Source: a virus
Taxonomy: Duplodnaviria > Caudoviricetes
DNA length: 64,000 nucleotides
Strand: one strand, 5' to 3'
IMG/VR virus record: IMGVR_UViG_3300044267_003893
Span: 22,071 to 86,070 of that record
Shown here: positions 22,262 through 32,451 of the stretch, in pieces
Position numbering within the stretch: position 1 is the first letter of the stretch
Layout: each line of letters starts with the position of its first letter
Made by a program: the position numbers and the translations under genes
The notes under the pieces: model-generated
What the model was told of the DNA's origin: nothing
The model's database searches: none
Seen by the model: the letters and a program-made list of their open reading frames with translations, nothing else

Positions 22262-25200
22262 TTATCTTATTGATAGATTTATTTTAGTATTAACTAATTT
22301 AAGTATCATTTTTCTTGTATGAAGAAAAGCTGCTGGATCTATAGGATTTCCTAATTCATCAAATATTTCAGGAACATTATTAATATTTGTATAAATTTGT
22401 TCTCCCTCATATATACATGTACCATCATCAACTGTTGCTTCTGGATAATAATTTAATGCTGTTGAGTCCATGCAACCACAAATAGATCCTGGAGGACATA
22501 CGTTTTGAGCATATATACAAGTACAATTATCAGCAGTAGCACCACCAAAATAATTTAATGCACTAGGATCTGTACATCCTGGAACACAACCTTCTTCAAG
22601 AATAGGTCCTTCTCCACATGGAAAACATGGTTCAGGTATTTCAGGAATTTGAATAGCAGGATTTACAAAATATTGAACTCTCTTTTTTAGAATTAAATTA
22701 TTAGTATAATGTCTGAATTTTTTACGTTCTAATTGTGGTTTATCATAATTCATATAAGAAGCATTTAAGTCTCTTATATAACCATTTAATTGAGTTATAA
22801 AAATTGATTCAGATATATTTCTATCATTTGTGATATCCCAAAATTGATCAAATCTATATTTTTGTTCTACTTTACTATATAGTATTTGTATATCTTCAGT
22901 TCCTATTATTGGATATTGTAATGTGTCATTTATATTTGCTGTTTGTTGATTTAATACTAATAAGCCTGAAACCTGTTCAGAATTATATATAATAGCTTCA
23001 TCAAAATTATACATTAAATCATGCCATCTATCATCACATCCAAAATTTAATACACAACCATCTGCATCAAATTTTGGTTTATATTGATATGATTCTAATT
23101 GATACTCAATACTTCTTACTGTATTAACAGACTGACCCATACTTTCAACAAGTTCTATTTCCCAAGGATATTGTACTGAATAATAATTATTAAATAAATC
23201 ACAACGTACATTATGTTTCCATATACCTCCTCCTTGATATGTAGGTTCTACAAATGCTTGTTTATCAAATTGACACATTGCAGGATTTTCATTAACATAT
23301 GTCCATTCTTCTCCTGTACCTGGATGTACTCCATAAAATTCTGAATACCCCCATAAATAAGGATCATCACAATCACCATATTCAGTTAACCATACATAAG
23401 GATCTATATCATCAGGTAGATTAGGAACTGTTAAATCATAATCTTCTAATACAGGACATGAACATTCTATCTTTATACATTTTGGTGGAAAGAAAGGATT
23501 TGTAGCTACTAGCTCACCATTTATAAGTTGATAATTAGCAAAAGTATCACCAACTTGAGTGTATCCTTCAGGACATTCACATTCACAAGGATTAAACATG
23601 TTTTGTATCAATTGATTGAGTATAGGTCCATAATCATCACAAGGTCCGTTTGCATATTGATACAGATAAGGTTGAGATTGAGTTGGTCCAAATCCATATG
23701 CATACTCTCCCTGATCACTACAAGATGAGTTAAGTAATCCGGCTTGAGCATAGTCTGGAAGATCTTCAAAACATGCAGCTACTGGATTAGCAAATACAGC
23801 AAATACTTCAGTTCCTGAATAACAAATATCAGCAGCATCACCACCAAATCCACCCTGACTTAATTGATCACTTAATAAAAATAAAATATTTCTAAAATTA
23901 GAACAAGAATATCTATCATTATAAGTTCCATCACCACATTGAACAGTCGTACTACCTATTGGCAATGCAGATTCTTCAGTATTCATCAGGTTCTCAAATC
24001 CTGCATCTAATCCTTCTTGTATATCTGTTCCACCACCAAAAGGATTTTGAGCATTTGGACATATACCCCAATTTGTAAACATTGGTGTACTTTCAGATTC
24101 ACCAGTATTAGACCAAAGAGTATATCCTGCTTGTATATATCCTGCATTAGCATAAGGTTGAAGTAATTCCATAAGACCACAAGCAAAACCCCATTCTGCT
24201 CCATATACACCCCCAGAATATGTTGATCCAGAAGCATCCATACTAAAAACTATATTCATTGGATCTACAGTTATTTCCGGGTCACAACAATCAACAACGT
24301 CTATATCTATTTGAGCAGGTTGAAGTTCTTGTATTTTATATTCACATTCACCTGTATCTGGATTATATAAAAATCCATCAACACAAGTAGGATATGGAAG
24401 AGGTCTTGTATTTGTTGTCATAAAATGGTTATGACTTTGTATATTAAGTTCTGGATGCCAATCATGAAAAGATACCCATCCTTTTATTTTTGGATCATAA
24501 CTTGCTGTCCATGATACATCTTTAAAGTAATCACTATCTTGTATATCAATTTCTGTTATTACATCATTATACACAGGATCAACACACTCTCTATCTTCAC
24601 AAACTTTAGCAGCACAATGAACTTGTATAGTCTCATCAAAACAATCAGTATCTGTAGCTGGTATATCTGTTCCATATAATACTAACTCATATTCTTCTCC
24701 GAGATGACTACAATCACAATATTCATCAAAAGGCTCCGGTAATGGAGGCAACTCATCACAGACAAGACATCCATCAATCAAAGCACTTTGTAATGTAGGT
24801 TTAATTTGTTGTTTTAGTTGTATAGGATTATATTTCCAATTTTTAGAATAATCATTAACATATGCTACATTTGGAAGACAATCAGGATCACTTGCCTGAT
24901 CTTCACCACACCCATAATAAGATAATATTCCTGACGCTTGAAAAGATGGTACCATATATAAAGGTCCACTTCCTATAGTTATAGGTTCAGTAGTTGGATC
25001 TGCAAGTTGGAAGAAAGGTAATTCAAAGTTATATACAGCACCCGTTTCCATTTCAGTTAAAGGTTCAGCAGTTGTACCTTGCCATGTAACACCACAATCA
25101 AATCCTGAAGGAGATCCTCTTTTACAATTATTTAAGGGGCCTGGTCCTGCAGCATCATAATCATAACCTGTATCATCAAGTGAATCAGGATTGTATAACC

Positions 25201-28200
25201 AAGGGCTAGTAAAATTAAAAGACCCTCCAGTACCATCTCCTAAAAATTGAAACTCTTCATCAGCTTCAAATGCTAGATCATTATGTTCATGTTTTGCTCC
25301 TATAACATGTCCTAGTTCATGTAAAAGTAATTGTGTGCTACCATAATTACCAACATTATCATATTGATCTTGAGTTTCAATATCAAGATCCATATTAAAA
25401 GCACCTTCATTAAGAAAATCATTGCTTAGAGAAAGCGCAGCAGAATAATGAGGTCTATGATAACCTAGATCGGTTATACTATTACAACCTACACTTCCTG
25501 TAAGCCCTACACCACTATTACTAAAATTATTAACAAAACCTGGTATACAACCGTCTGGAAATTGTTCTTCACAAGTTAAAGCTGAGTCTGTATTACATTC
25601 ACAAAATCCATCCCAATTAGATAAATATTCATATATCTCATAAGGTGAACCATCTGGCATTTCTGTGCATTGTCTTGGTCTTGTAATCCAAGTACCAACT
25701 ACATCTTTTGGTATTGCAATTAAATCAGGTTCATTACTATGTAGTGTTCTAGATAGTAAATTTAAAGTATTCATACTTCCCATTAAACCTCCCCATGTAG
25801 GAGCATAAGCAAGACAATATGAATTAATACAATCATCACCAGTATACTGAGCTCCATGAATATATGGACATTGATCTGGATCTTCATATATTGCTATACC
25901 TGCTAATGTAATTTGTGCACCAACATTTTGGAACATTATTTCACTCATTATTGCAATCTGTGCTTCTACATATGCGGTCCAAGCATCAACATCGTTTTGA
26001 GGATAAAAAGCTGGATTATAATTTGTTAACCAGGTATTACACGTGTTACCAAAAGGTGCAGCAGCAAAAGTAAACCAAGGTATATCAACAAAATGTCTTA
26101 TACAAACTTCTTCTCCATCTACAAACATTACAGATGGATTTTGATCTAACATTCTAGATGATATATTTGATTCACCTCTAGCTGATCTTGCTGCTCTTTC
26201 TAGTTTAAAGTTTACTTCTGATTCATTTGCTTTCCAAATATTTCTTAACTCATTTCTTCTGTGTATAATTTCTTCAGGGGTTCCATCATCTGTTCCACAA
26301 CCTAAATTATTAATTTCAACTACACCTTCTCCTTCTACTCTTCCTATTCTATCTGAAAATTTAAATAAACCATATTTTGAATTTTGAAGTTGACCAATAT
26401 CATATTGCTCATCATTTATCATTATAAACCCTGTTATTTTAGAATTATCTTTATTACCTGAAATTATTATTTTTCCTTTATATTTATAAAGTTCATTAGT
26501 TAATATAGATTGTTCTTCTCCTCTTATATTATAAATTCTATTAGAAGTTGGTTTACTATCTTGCATAATAATACCATCCTTAGTACTTCTTCTAACTTTA
26601 AAACTATTTAAAATAGGAGATGCTTCAATTAAATTTACAGTAAGTACTTCATCATTTTTAAATGGTATTTCTAAATGAAATTTCTTAGGTTTTTTATCCC
26701 AAATAGTATCAAAAAATATTTTAGATACTCTAAATGATATACTATTATCTTTATCTCTAGTTCGCTCTGCTTTTTGTTTTTCTATTGGATTAGTAAAAGT
26801 TTTTCTAATAAAGCTTTTTCCAAAAGAAACCATTTCACCAGTATCTGGACTATCTTCATCATCATCTTCACCTTCAGTATCTTCAACTGGTAAAACTTGA
26901 TATGCTCCAGTTACTACTGTACAGCATTTTTGTAATTCTTCATCCCATATCCAACCTCCTGGACAAGGTCTACAACAACTTTGAAGTTCTTCATCCCATT
27001 CATATTTTGGATGAGGACAGCTTCTTACTTGCTCTACTCCAAGACATTCTGTTTCATTTACAAAAAACATTTGATTTTCTGGATCAAATTGTAAACATTG
27101 ATTTGTATTACAAGGTTCATAATCCTTTTTACTAAAGTATACAATGTCATAGTTAGGATCATATACGGCTTGGCAACCAATACCTATTACAGGATTATCA
27201 GCAAATTTAGTTCCTTCTAATTCTGGAAATGCTTTTAATAATCTAGATGGTAAATATGTATTAAACCATTGTTTCATTCCTGCATCAGCAATATTAGTTA
27301 ATGACTGTGAGTAATTAAATATTTTACCTTGAGCTTGAGACATGTAATATACTCCTGCAGGTGTATTTATTACACTCAATGAATTTTCACATGATCCATA
27401 TTCATGTGGTAAATCAGCTGTACTTATTTGTTGCATTGGATCATTAAATAAACCTCCATCACCAATAGTAAGCTTTGTGTTAAAGTCTGTACTTAAAGTA
27501 TCAACACCTTGAAATAATTGTGGAGCTATATGAGGAAATAAAATTAATGCTCCTGATTTAGATATAGGTTTAACTGTAGTAGGAACGTTTTTAAAGTCTT
27601 GATAATTATTTGGTAAGAATACTCTCCAAAAATCTTTTTTAGATTCTTTATTAGCTTGATTTGAATATATTATTCTTTTAGTATAGTAATCATAACATGT
27701 ATCTGCTACTATAGGATCATAGTCTCTTGGTTGTATTAATCCGTAAGTTACCATTTGACTTACCATATTAGATTTACTTAAAGAAAAATCATATTTATAA
27801 TAATTACCTTTCTCTATTATATCTGCATGAAATAATGATTGAATATCTGTATAGTCAGCCCAATCATAATGTTTTTGATCTGTACTTTCTCCTTGATGTC
27901 TTAATCCTACATTAAGTTCTGATTCAACAAAGAAATCATTTATACCACTACAATGAGTATACATATAAGCAGTTCTTAAAATAAACATACTATTAGTTGA
28001 AGTATTTTCTTGATTTTCAACATCTTCTAATACAGGACCATTAGCAAGATAAACACCAGATCCAAGATCTGATGTATCACCAATAGCAAATCCAGGTGGT
28101 CTATCTAAATTACGCATTGCTGATGGAACAGCATTACCATCAGTCCAATCAAAAGAAAAGTTTGTAATAGGTGCAAGTATATTATGAATATCATATTTTG

Positions 28201-31200
28201 TAGTATCCATCCAATATCTTGCAAAACCAACATTCATATACTGTCTATAATCAAAAGCAAATTTATCAGGTTGCCCATTTAAAAATTCCCAAAAGAAAGG
28301 CATTATAACCTTTTCATTATATCTATTTATATAACAATCACCACCAAATAAAATACCTGATTTAAATACTTCTCCTGGTACAAATGTATCATCATCTAAA
28401 TTTTCAGTAAATGGAACTAAAGTATCTGGTGTAACTTCAACATCTTCAACATACACACAAGTACAATCATCATTAGTGGCAGTTGAATTATAGTTAACTG
28501 CTAATGGATCTGTACAACCTGCAATACAGTTTCCTAATATCCAATCATCTCCTTGACAAGGAGAACATGGTTCAGGTTCTTCTGTAAATCCTGGTCTAAT
28601 AAATTTTTGAGCACAAGGTACAGGTAGTTGTTTAATACCATCTAATTGACCATATTGATTATCCATTGCAAACTTTAATCCTACATAATGAGCACCAATA
28701 TATGATATATAACTTTGAGTAGGAGTAGTCCAATTCTCTAAAGTACCTATTGTAAATCTAGATGAATCAAAGTTATTACCATCTTGCCATATTGGAGTTT
28801 GAATATTTCCAAAAGTTCCTGCAGTTTGAATAGTAACAGTAGCAGGTCTATGTAAATTATTAATTTTAATATTCTCAGTAGTATTAGTGGATCCAAAGTC
28901 TTGTAAGGTGTTACCTACATATCTTCCTTTGGTTATATTATTTCTATATACAGATCCTTCTTGAAGTTCAAATGTATCTGAATACAGACCATATGAATTA
29001 TATTTATAGGCATGATTTCTTAATCCTGCTACATTATATATAAAGTCAATTATTATATCTCCACCTACAGCAGCATAATGGAATGTCATAAATACACCAC
29101 TTATAATCTGTCCTAAGTTAGGTAGTGATTTTACATCAGTACCTTCAAACTTAATTTTTCTATTACCTATTGCTTCACCAAAAGCAGCTTGTTGTATAAG
29201 GTTAAGAGGTTGAAGTGTACCGTCTAATATTGTACCTGTACCTGAGTAATATGCAGCTTCAGCTATACCTGGTGTAGCAAGAGAACCCTGTGTAAATCCA
29301 GTTTCTGCAGCTTCTATAAGTAAATTATTTACAATACCTGGATTAGGACCAAATAAGGGAGGTGGAGCTCCTATTCCTGTTGCTACTTCAAGTTCAGTAG
29401 CTCTTTTACCACGCATTTTACTAATTCCATAACCTACACCGACCACTGCTGCAATGATAGCTGCAAAGTCTCGTAATAGTGTAACTTTAGGATGTCCTTC
29501 GGAAGGTCTAAAAGATCCTGTTTGAATACCCCTTGTCCATCCGTAAGTCTTAACTTCAGCAGGATTTAAATAAGGTCTTTGGAAAGATGTCTCAGGTGAA
29601 TGAAAAGTATAAAAATTATTACAATTCAAAGGATTAGTACTATTACCACAATATCCTGTACCTGGTTGTCCCATAGGTTGTGGGTTTGTATTATCCCAAA
29701 ATTGTGGTGCAGCTGTTGTTAAAAAAACATCATTGTTAGTACTATTATATGGATAGTTAGCATGAAGACCTACAGATCCTTGAGCAATTCCATCTCCAAA
29801 AGTATCTACTAGAGGATATTGTTTCATGTTTCTAAATAATCCTTTTGATAGTATAGATTTGTTACCTTCTCTTGATCCAACTAAAATTTCATAACCTACA
29901 ACATTTGATATTGGTTTACCAGAATTATCTATAGGCCAAGCAATATTATCAAATTCAACTCCTAAAATACGTATTCTTTGATTATTATTATTAGATCTAT
30001 CAACAGTCCATTCTGTAGTATCTGTTTGTTCTTCTGGAAATTTATGATGTCTAATAGGTTTACCACATAAATCTCCCCATCTTCCATGAGGATCTTCTGA
30101 AGGATATAATTCTGTTGATTCCCAATATCCCATTTGACCTTTAGAAAGTATAACACCTCCATCATCTGTTGTTGTTACTCCATCAAATTCATCTACAGAT
30201 GCTGTATTAGAAACTTGCCATGGTTCTGTTTCATTTGATCTAAGTATATTATTACCATCTGTAAGTGTAGAATCTTTTTCATCATCAGTTGCTTCACGTC
30301 CAGGAATATGATATGAACTAGATTTTTCACCAGTTTGATAAATAAATCTAATAAAGAAAGCATATTGTTCATCTCTCATAAATGTTGGCTTATTACCACC
30401 ATTCTTATAATACTCAGCAGGATATTCTACAGAAACCCATTTAGCAGTTATGTTATTTGCTAAAGGTTGATAATTAAAATCAAAATTTGTTGTTGGACTT
30501 ATTCTAAGAAGATAATCATTAAGAGGTATCATCTTATCAGATTTTTCATATGCAGGATTTTGTAAAGTTAAATTCTGCAATGGAACTTGTTGTGATGTAG
30601 CTTTATTTGTAGGGATATAATCAATACTAATAGTTGTTTGTTTTGTACTGTAAAATCCCACTTGAACAGCTGTTGGTTGTTGCTGTTGATTTGATAATAT
30701 AACTAATTTATAAAAATCAAAATTTTCATCTAAGTTAGAAATTTTTATATTTAATGAACAGGCTGTACCATCATTATCAAATAAAGGTTGAATATTAGAT
30801 ACACCAATATAATCACCTATTTGTTGTTCATTTATTGTATATGCAACATAGGCTTGATAAGATCCATTAGGTAATTGTCCAGGACTATCTCCTTTCTCAA
30901 TATCAATACATGGAGTTTTCATTAATGGTGCTAAACGTATAAGATCACAATTGAGTCTTTTTGGTTCTATGTCTTCATAAACATAACAATCAGAACCATC
31001 AATTCCAGGACCTGAAACTTGTTCTTGAAACCAAGGAACATATTCATTTTCAGGTATACTATTAGCAAAACCTAAATTAAGAGTTCTAGAAGGATTTAAA
31101 CCATCATCCCAATATATTTGCCAAGTACAATCATAGTTTTCTTTAGCAGCTCCTGTTATAAGATTAGAATGTCTAAAGTTTAAACATTGATCATTTACTA

Positions 31201-31531
31201 ATGTAGTATATTCACATTTACTATCATCAAATAATCCTATCTCACTTCCCCAATTATCATTTCCAGAAAATATTATCCAACTATCTCCATATAAATAAAT
31301 GGCACCTATAATAACAAATCCTGTTTGAACACATATAAGATTAGCAGGTTCATTACCTATAGTACCAGCATCACCTTTTGCAGAATTATTAATACAATTT
31401 CTACAGTGTACCCAGTTTTCTTTTCCCACAAAACTTTTATGAGAATCTTTTATCATACCTTTTACAAATACATCAGTATCTACATTAGAGGTATCATTAG
31501 GTTTAAAGTTTTTACTTTTATTCTCTGCCAT
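22262..31531 (-). CDS. Tail stabilisation protein (crAss-like, P22 gp10-like class), 3089 aa, with inserted metzincin protease, vWA and Cys-rich modules
   Basis: Conserved-looking segments (NDYLLRIS...FMRDEQYAFFIRF; GWVSFHDWHP; GIWKHN...YPWEIE) are interrupted by HELGHVIGAKH (25289-25321) and DASGS (24224-24238). Located after the ring-protein genes. Confidence 0.75.
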   Translation of the reverse strand: MAENKSKNFKPNDTSNVDTDVFVKGMIKDSHKSFVGKENWVHCRNCINNSAKGDAGTIGNEPANLICVQTGFVIIGAIYLYGDSWIIFSGNDNWGSEIGLFDDSKCEYTTLVNDQCLNFRHSNLITGAAKENYDCTWQIYWDDGLNPSRTLNLGFANSIPENEYVPWFQEQVSGPGIDGSDCYVYEDIEPKRLNCDLIRLAPLMKTPCIDIEKGDSPGQLPNGSYQAYVAYTINEQQIGDYIGVSNIQPLFDNDGTACSLNIKISNLDENFDFYKLVILSNQQQQPTAVQVGFYSTKQTTISIDYIPTNKATSQQVPLQNLTLQNPAYEKSDKMIPLNDYLLRISPTTNFDFNYQPLANNITAKWVSVEYPAEYYKNGGNKPTFMRDEQYAFFIRFIYQTGEKSSSYHIPGREATDDEKDSTLTDGNNILRSNETEPWQVSNTASVDEFDGVTTTDDGGVILSKGQMGYWESTELYPSEDPHGRWGDLCGKPIRHHKFPEEQTDTTEWTVDRSNNNNQRIRILGVEFDNIAWPIDNSGKPISNVVGYEILVGSREGNKSILSKGLFRNMKQYPLVDTFGDGIAQGSVGLHANYPYNSTNNDVFLTTAAPQFWDNTNPQPMGQPGTGYCGNSTNPLNCNNFYTFHSPETSFQRPYLNPAEVKTYGWTRGIQTGSFRPSEGHPKVTLLRDFAAIIAAVVGVGYGISKMRGKRATELEVATGIGAPPPLFGPNPGIVNNLLIEAAETGFTQGSLATPGIAEAAYYSGTGTILDGTLQPLNLIQQAAFGEAIGNRKIKFEGTDVKSLPNLGQIISGVFMTFHYAAVGGDIIIDFIYNVAGLRNHAYKYNSYGLYSDTFELQEGSVYRNNITKGRYVGNTLQDFGSTNTTENIKINNLHRPATVTIQTAGTFGNIQTPIWQDGNNFDSSRFTIGTLENWTTPTQSYISYIGAHYVGLKFAMDNQYGQLDGIKQLPVPCAQKFIRPGFTEEPEPCSPCQGDDWILGNCIAGCTDPLAVNYNSTATNDDCTCVYVEDVEVTPDTLVPFTENLDDDTFVPGEVFKSGILFGGDCYINRYNEKVIMPFFWEFLNGQPDKFAFDYRQYMNVGFARYWMDTTKYDIHNILAPITNFSFDWTDGNAVPSAMRNLDRPPGFAIGDTSDLGSGVYLANGPVLEDVENQENTSTNSMFILRTAYMYTHCSGINDFFVESELNVGLRHQGESTDQKHYDWADYTDIQSLFHADIIEKGNYYKYDFSLSKSNMVSQMVTYGLIQPRDYDPIVADTCYDYYTKRIIYSNQANKESKKDFWRVFLPNNYQDFKNVPTTVKPISKSGALILFPHIAPQLFQGVDTLSTDFNTKLTIGDGGLFNDPMQQISTADLPHEYGSCENSLSVINTPAGVYYMSQAQGKIFNYSQSLTNIADAGMKQWFNTYLPSRLLKAFPELEGTKFADNPVIGIGCQAVYDPNYDIVYFSKKDYEPCNTNQCLQFDPENQMFFVNETECLGVEQVRSCPHPKYEWDEELQSCCRPCPGGWIWDEELQKCCTVVTGAYQVLPVEDTEGEDDDEDSPDTGEMVSFGKSFIRKTFTNPIEKQKAERTRDKDNSISFRVSKIFFDTIWDKKPKKFHLEIPFKNDEVLTVNLIEASPILNSFKVRRSTKDGIIMQDSKPTSNRIYNIRGEEQSILTNELYKYKGKIIISGNKDNSKITGFIMINDEQYDIGQLQNSKYGLFKFSDRIGRVEGEGVVEINNLGCGTDDGTPEEIIHRRNELRNIWKANESEVNFKLERAARSARGESNISSRMLDQNPSVMFVDGEEVCIRHFVDIPWFTFAAAPFGNTCNTWLTNYNPAFYPQNDVDAWTAYVEAQIAIMSEIMFQNVGAQITLAGIAIYEDPDQCPYIHGAQYTGDDCINSYCLAYAPTWGGLMGSMNTLNLLSRTLHSNEPDLIAIPKDVVGTWITRPRQCTEMPDGSPYEIYEYLSNWDGFCECNTDSALTCEEQFPDGCIPGFVNNFSNSGVGLTGSVGCNSITDLGYHRPHYSAALSLSNDFLNEGAFNMDLDIETQDQYDNVGNYGSTQLLLHELGHVIGAKHEHNDLAFEADEEFQFLGDGTGGSFNFTSPWLYNPDSLDDTGYDYDAAGPGPLNNCKRGSPSGFDCGVTWQGTTAEPLTEMETGAVYNFELPFFQLADPTTEPITIGSGPLYMVPSFQASGILSYYGCGEDQASDPDCLPNVAYVNDYSKNWKYNPIQLKQQIKPTLQSALIDGCLVCDELPPLPEPFDEYCDCSHLGEEYELVLYGTDIPATDTDCFDETIQVHCAAKVCEDRECVDPVYNDVITEIDIQDSDYFKDVSWTASYDPKIKGWVSFHDWHPELNIQSHNHFMTTNTRPLPYPTCVDGFLYNPDTGECEYKIQELQPAQIDIDVVDCCDPEITVDPMNIVFSMDASGSTYSGGVYGAEWGFACGLMELLQPYANAGYIQAGYTLWSNTGESESTPMFTNWGICPNAQNPFGGGTDIQEGLDAGFENLMNTEESALPIGSTTVQCGDGTYNDRYSCSNFRNILFLLSDQLSQGGFGGDAADICYSGTEVFAVFANPVAACFEDLPDYAQAGLLNSSCSDQGEYAYGFGPTQSQPYLYQYANGPCDDYGPILNQLIQNMFNPCECECPEGYTQVGDTFANYQLINGELVATNPFFPPKCIKIECSCPVLEDYDLTVPNLPDDIDPYVWLTEYGDCDDPYLWGYSEFYGVHPGTGEEWTYVNENPAMCQFDKQAFVEPTYQGGGIWKHNVRCDLFNNYYSVQYPWEIELVESMGQSVNTVRSIEYQLESYQYKPKFDADGCVLNFGCDDRWHDLMYNFDEAIIYNSEQVSGLLVLNQQTANINDTLQYPIIGTEDIQILYSKVEQKYRFDQFWDITNDRNISESIFITQLNGYIRDLNASYMNYDKPQLERKKFRHYTNNLILKKRVQYFVNPAIQIPEIPEPCFPCGEGPILEEGCVPGCTDPSALNYFGGATADNCTCIYAQNVCPPGSICGCMDSTALNYYPEATVDDGTCIYEGEQIYTNINNVPEIFDELGNPIDPAAFLHTRKMILKLVNTKINLSIR

Positions 31532-31536
31532 TTTAT

Positions 31537-32451
31537 TTATCTTACAGGAGGATAACTTCTAAACATATCATAATAATTATGATATTGTGCTTTTCTATTT
31601 ACACTCCATATTTTTTGCATGTCTTTAAAGTCTGGAGTATTTATAAATCCTAATGCATTATTACGTGCTGCTCTTAATTTACCTTGCATATATTTTAATT
31701 TTTGAGAAACATCTTCTCCATCAAATAACATGTTTTCTAATATTCTTTCTTTCAATGCATATTCATAGTATTCATTACAATAAGGATGATCTAATACTAA
31801 TAATTCTCCTTCTTCATTCTCCATTGCTCCTTGATAATTCATGTATACTTTTCCTGTATCAAAATTAGTTAATAAAAATCCATCTTTTATTTCTGCAATA
31901 TCAACAGCTTCAGCATTAATATTAGGACAACCGTTTTCAATAACTGAAGTACTATTTTTTATTCTTAATGGATAAAATCTTGTAGAAGTTCTATATTGTT
32001 CAGCACCCATATATTGAACTACCATATATTGATTAGTATATACAGTTTCTCCATTTTCTTCTTTAGGACAAGTTTTAACTACACAAACATCTTTACATGT
32101 AGGATCATCACAAGGACCAACGTCTCCTCCATCAGGAGATGGTACATACTCAGTTTGAGTTGTGTCAACATGTGTACCAGAAGGAAATGTATTTACAGTT
32201 TTAAATTCATCACATACAAAAGCATAATTTAGATATTTAAAATCAGAGGGTAATTTAACTTTACTATGTTCAACTTCTAATACATCTTCTTTAGTTCTAT
32301 GTATTTTTAATCCTAAATCATAATTAACTCTGATTGCAACTTTAATTAATTGCTGAGGTTCAACCATCCCTTCTAAAGCTTGACTAGAAAAGTCAATACT
32401 AACATCTTCCATTAATTGATTAAATGTTCTATATTTATGTGAAATTGCCAT
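31537..32451 (-). CDS. Tail ring / tail tubular protein (crAss-like)
   Basis: 304 aa with the motif YMNYQGAMENEEGELLVLDHP...YEYALK, directly before the tail stabilisation gene as in crAss-like gene order. Confidence 0.65.
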   Translation of the reverse strand: MAISHKYRTFNQLMEDVSIDFSSQALEGMVEPQQLIKVAIRVNYDLGLKIHRTKEDVLEVEHSKVKLPSDFKYLNYAFVCDEFKTVNTFPSGTHVDTTQTEYVPSPDGGDVGPCDDPTCKDVCVVKTCPKEENGETVYTNQYMVVQYMGAEQYRTSTRFYPLRIKNSTSVIENGCPNINAEAVDIAEIKDGFLLTNFDTGKVYMNYQGAMENEEGELLVLDHPYCNEYYEYALKERILENMLFDGEDVSQKLKYMQGKLRAARNNALGFINTPDFKDMQKIWSVNRKAQYHNYYDMFRSYPPVR

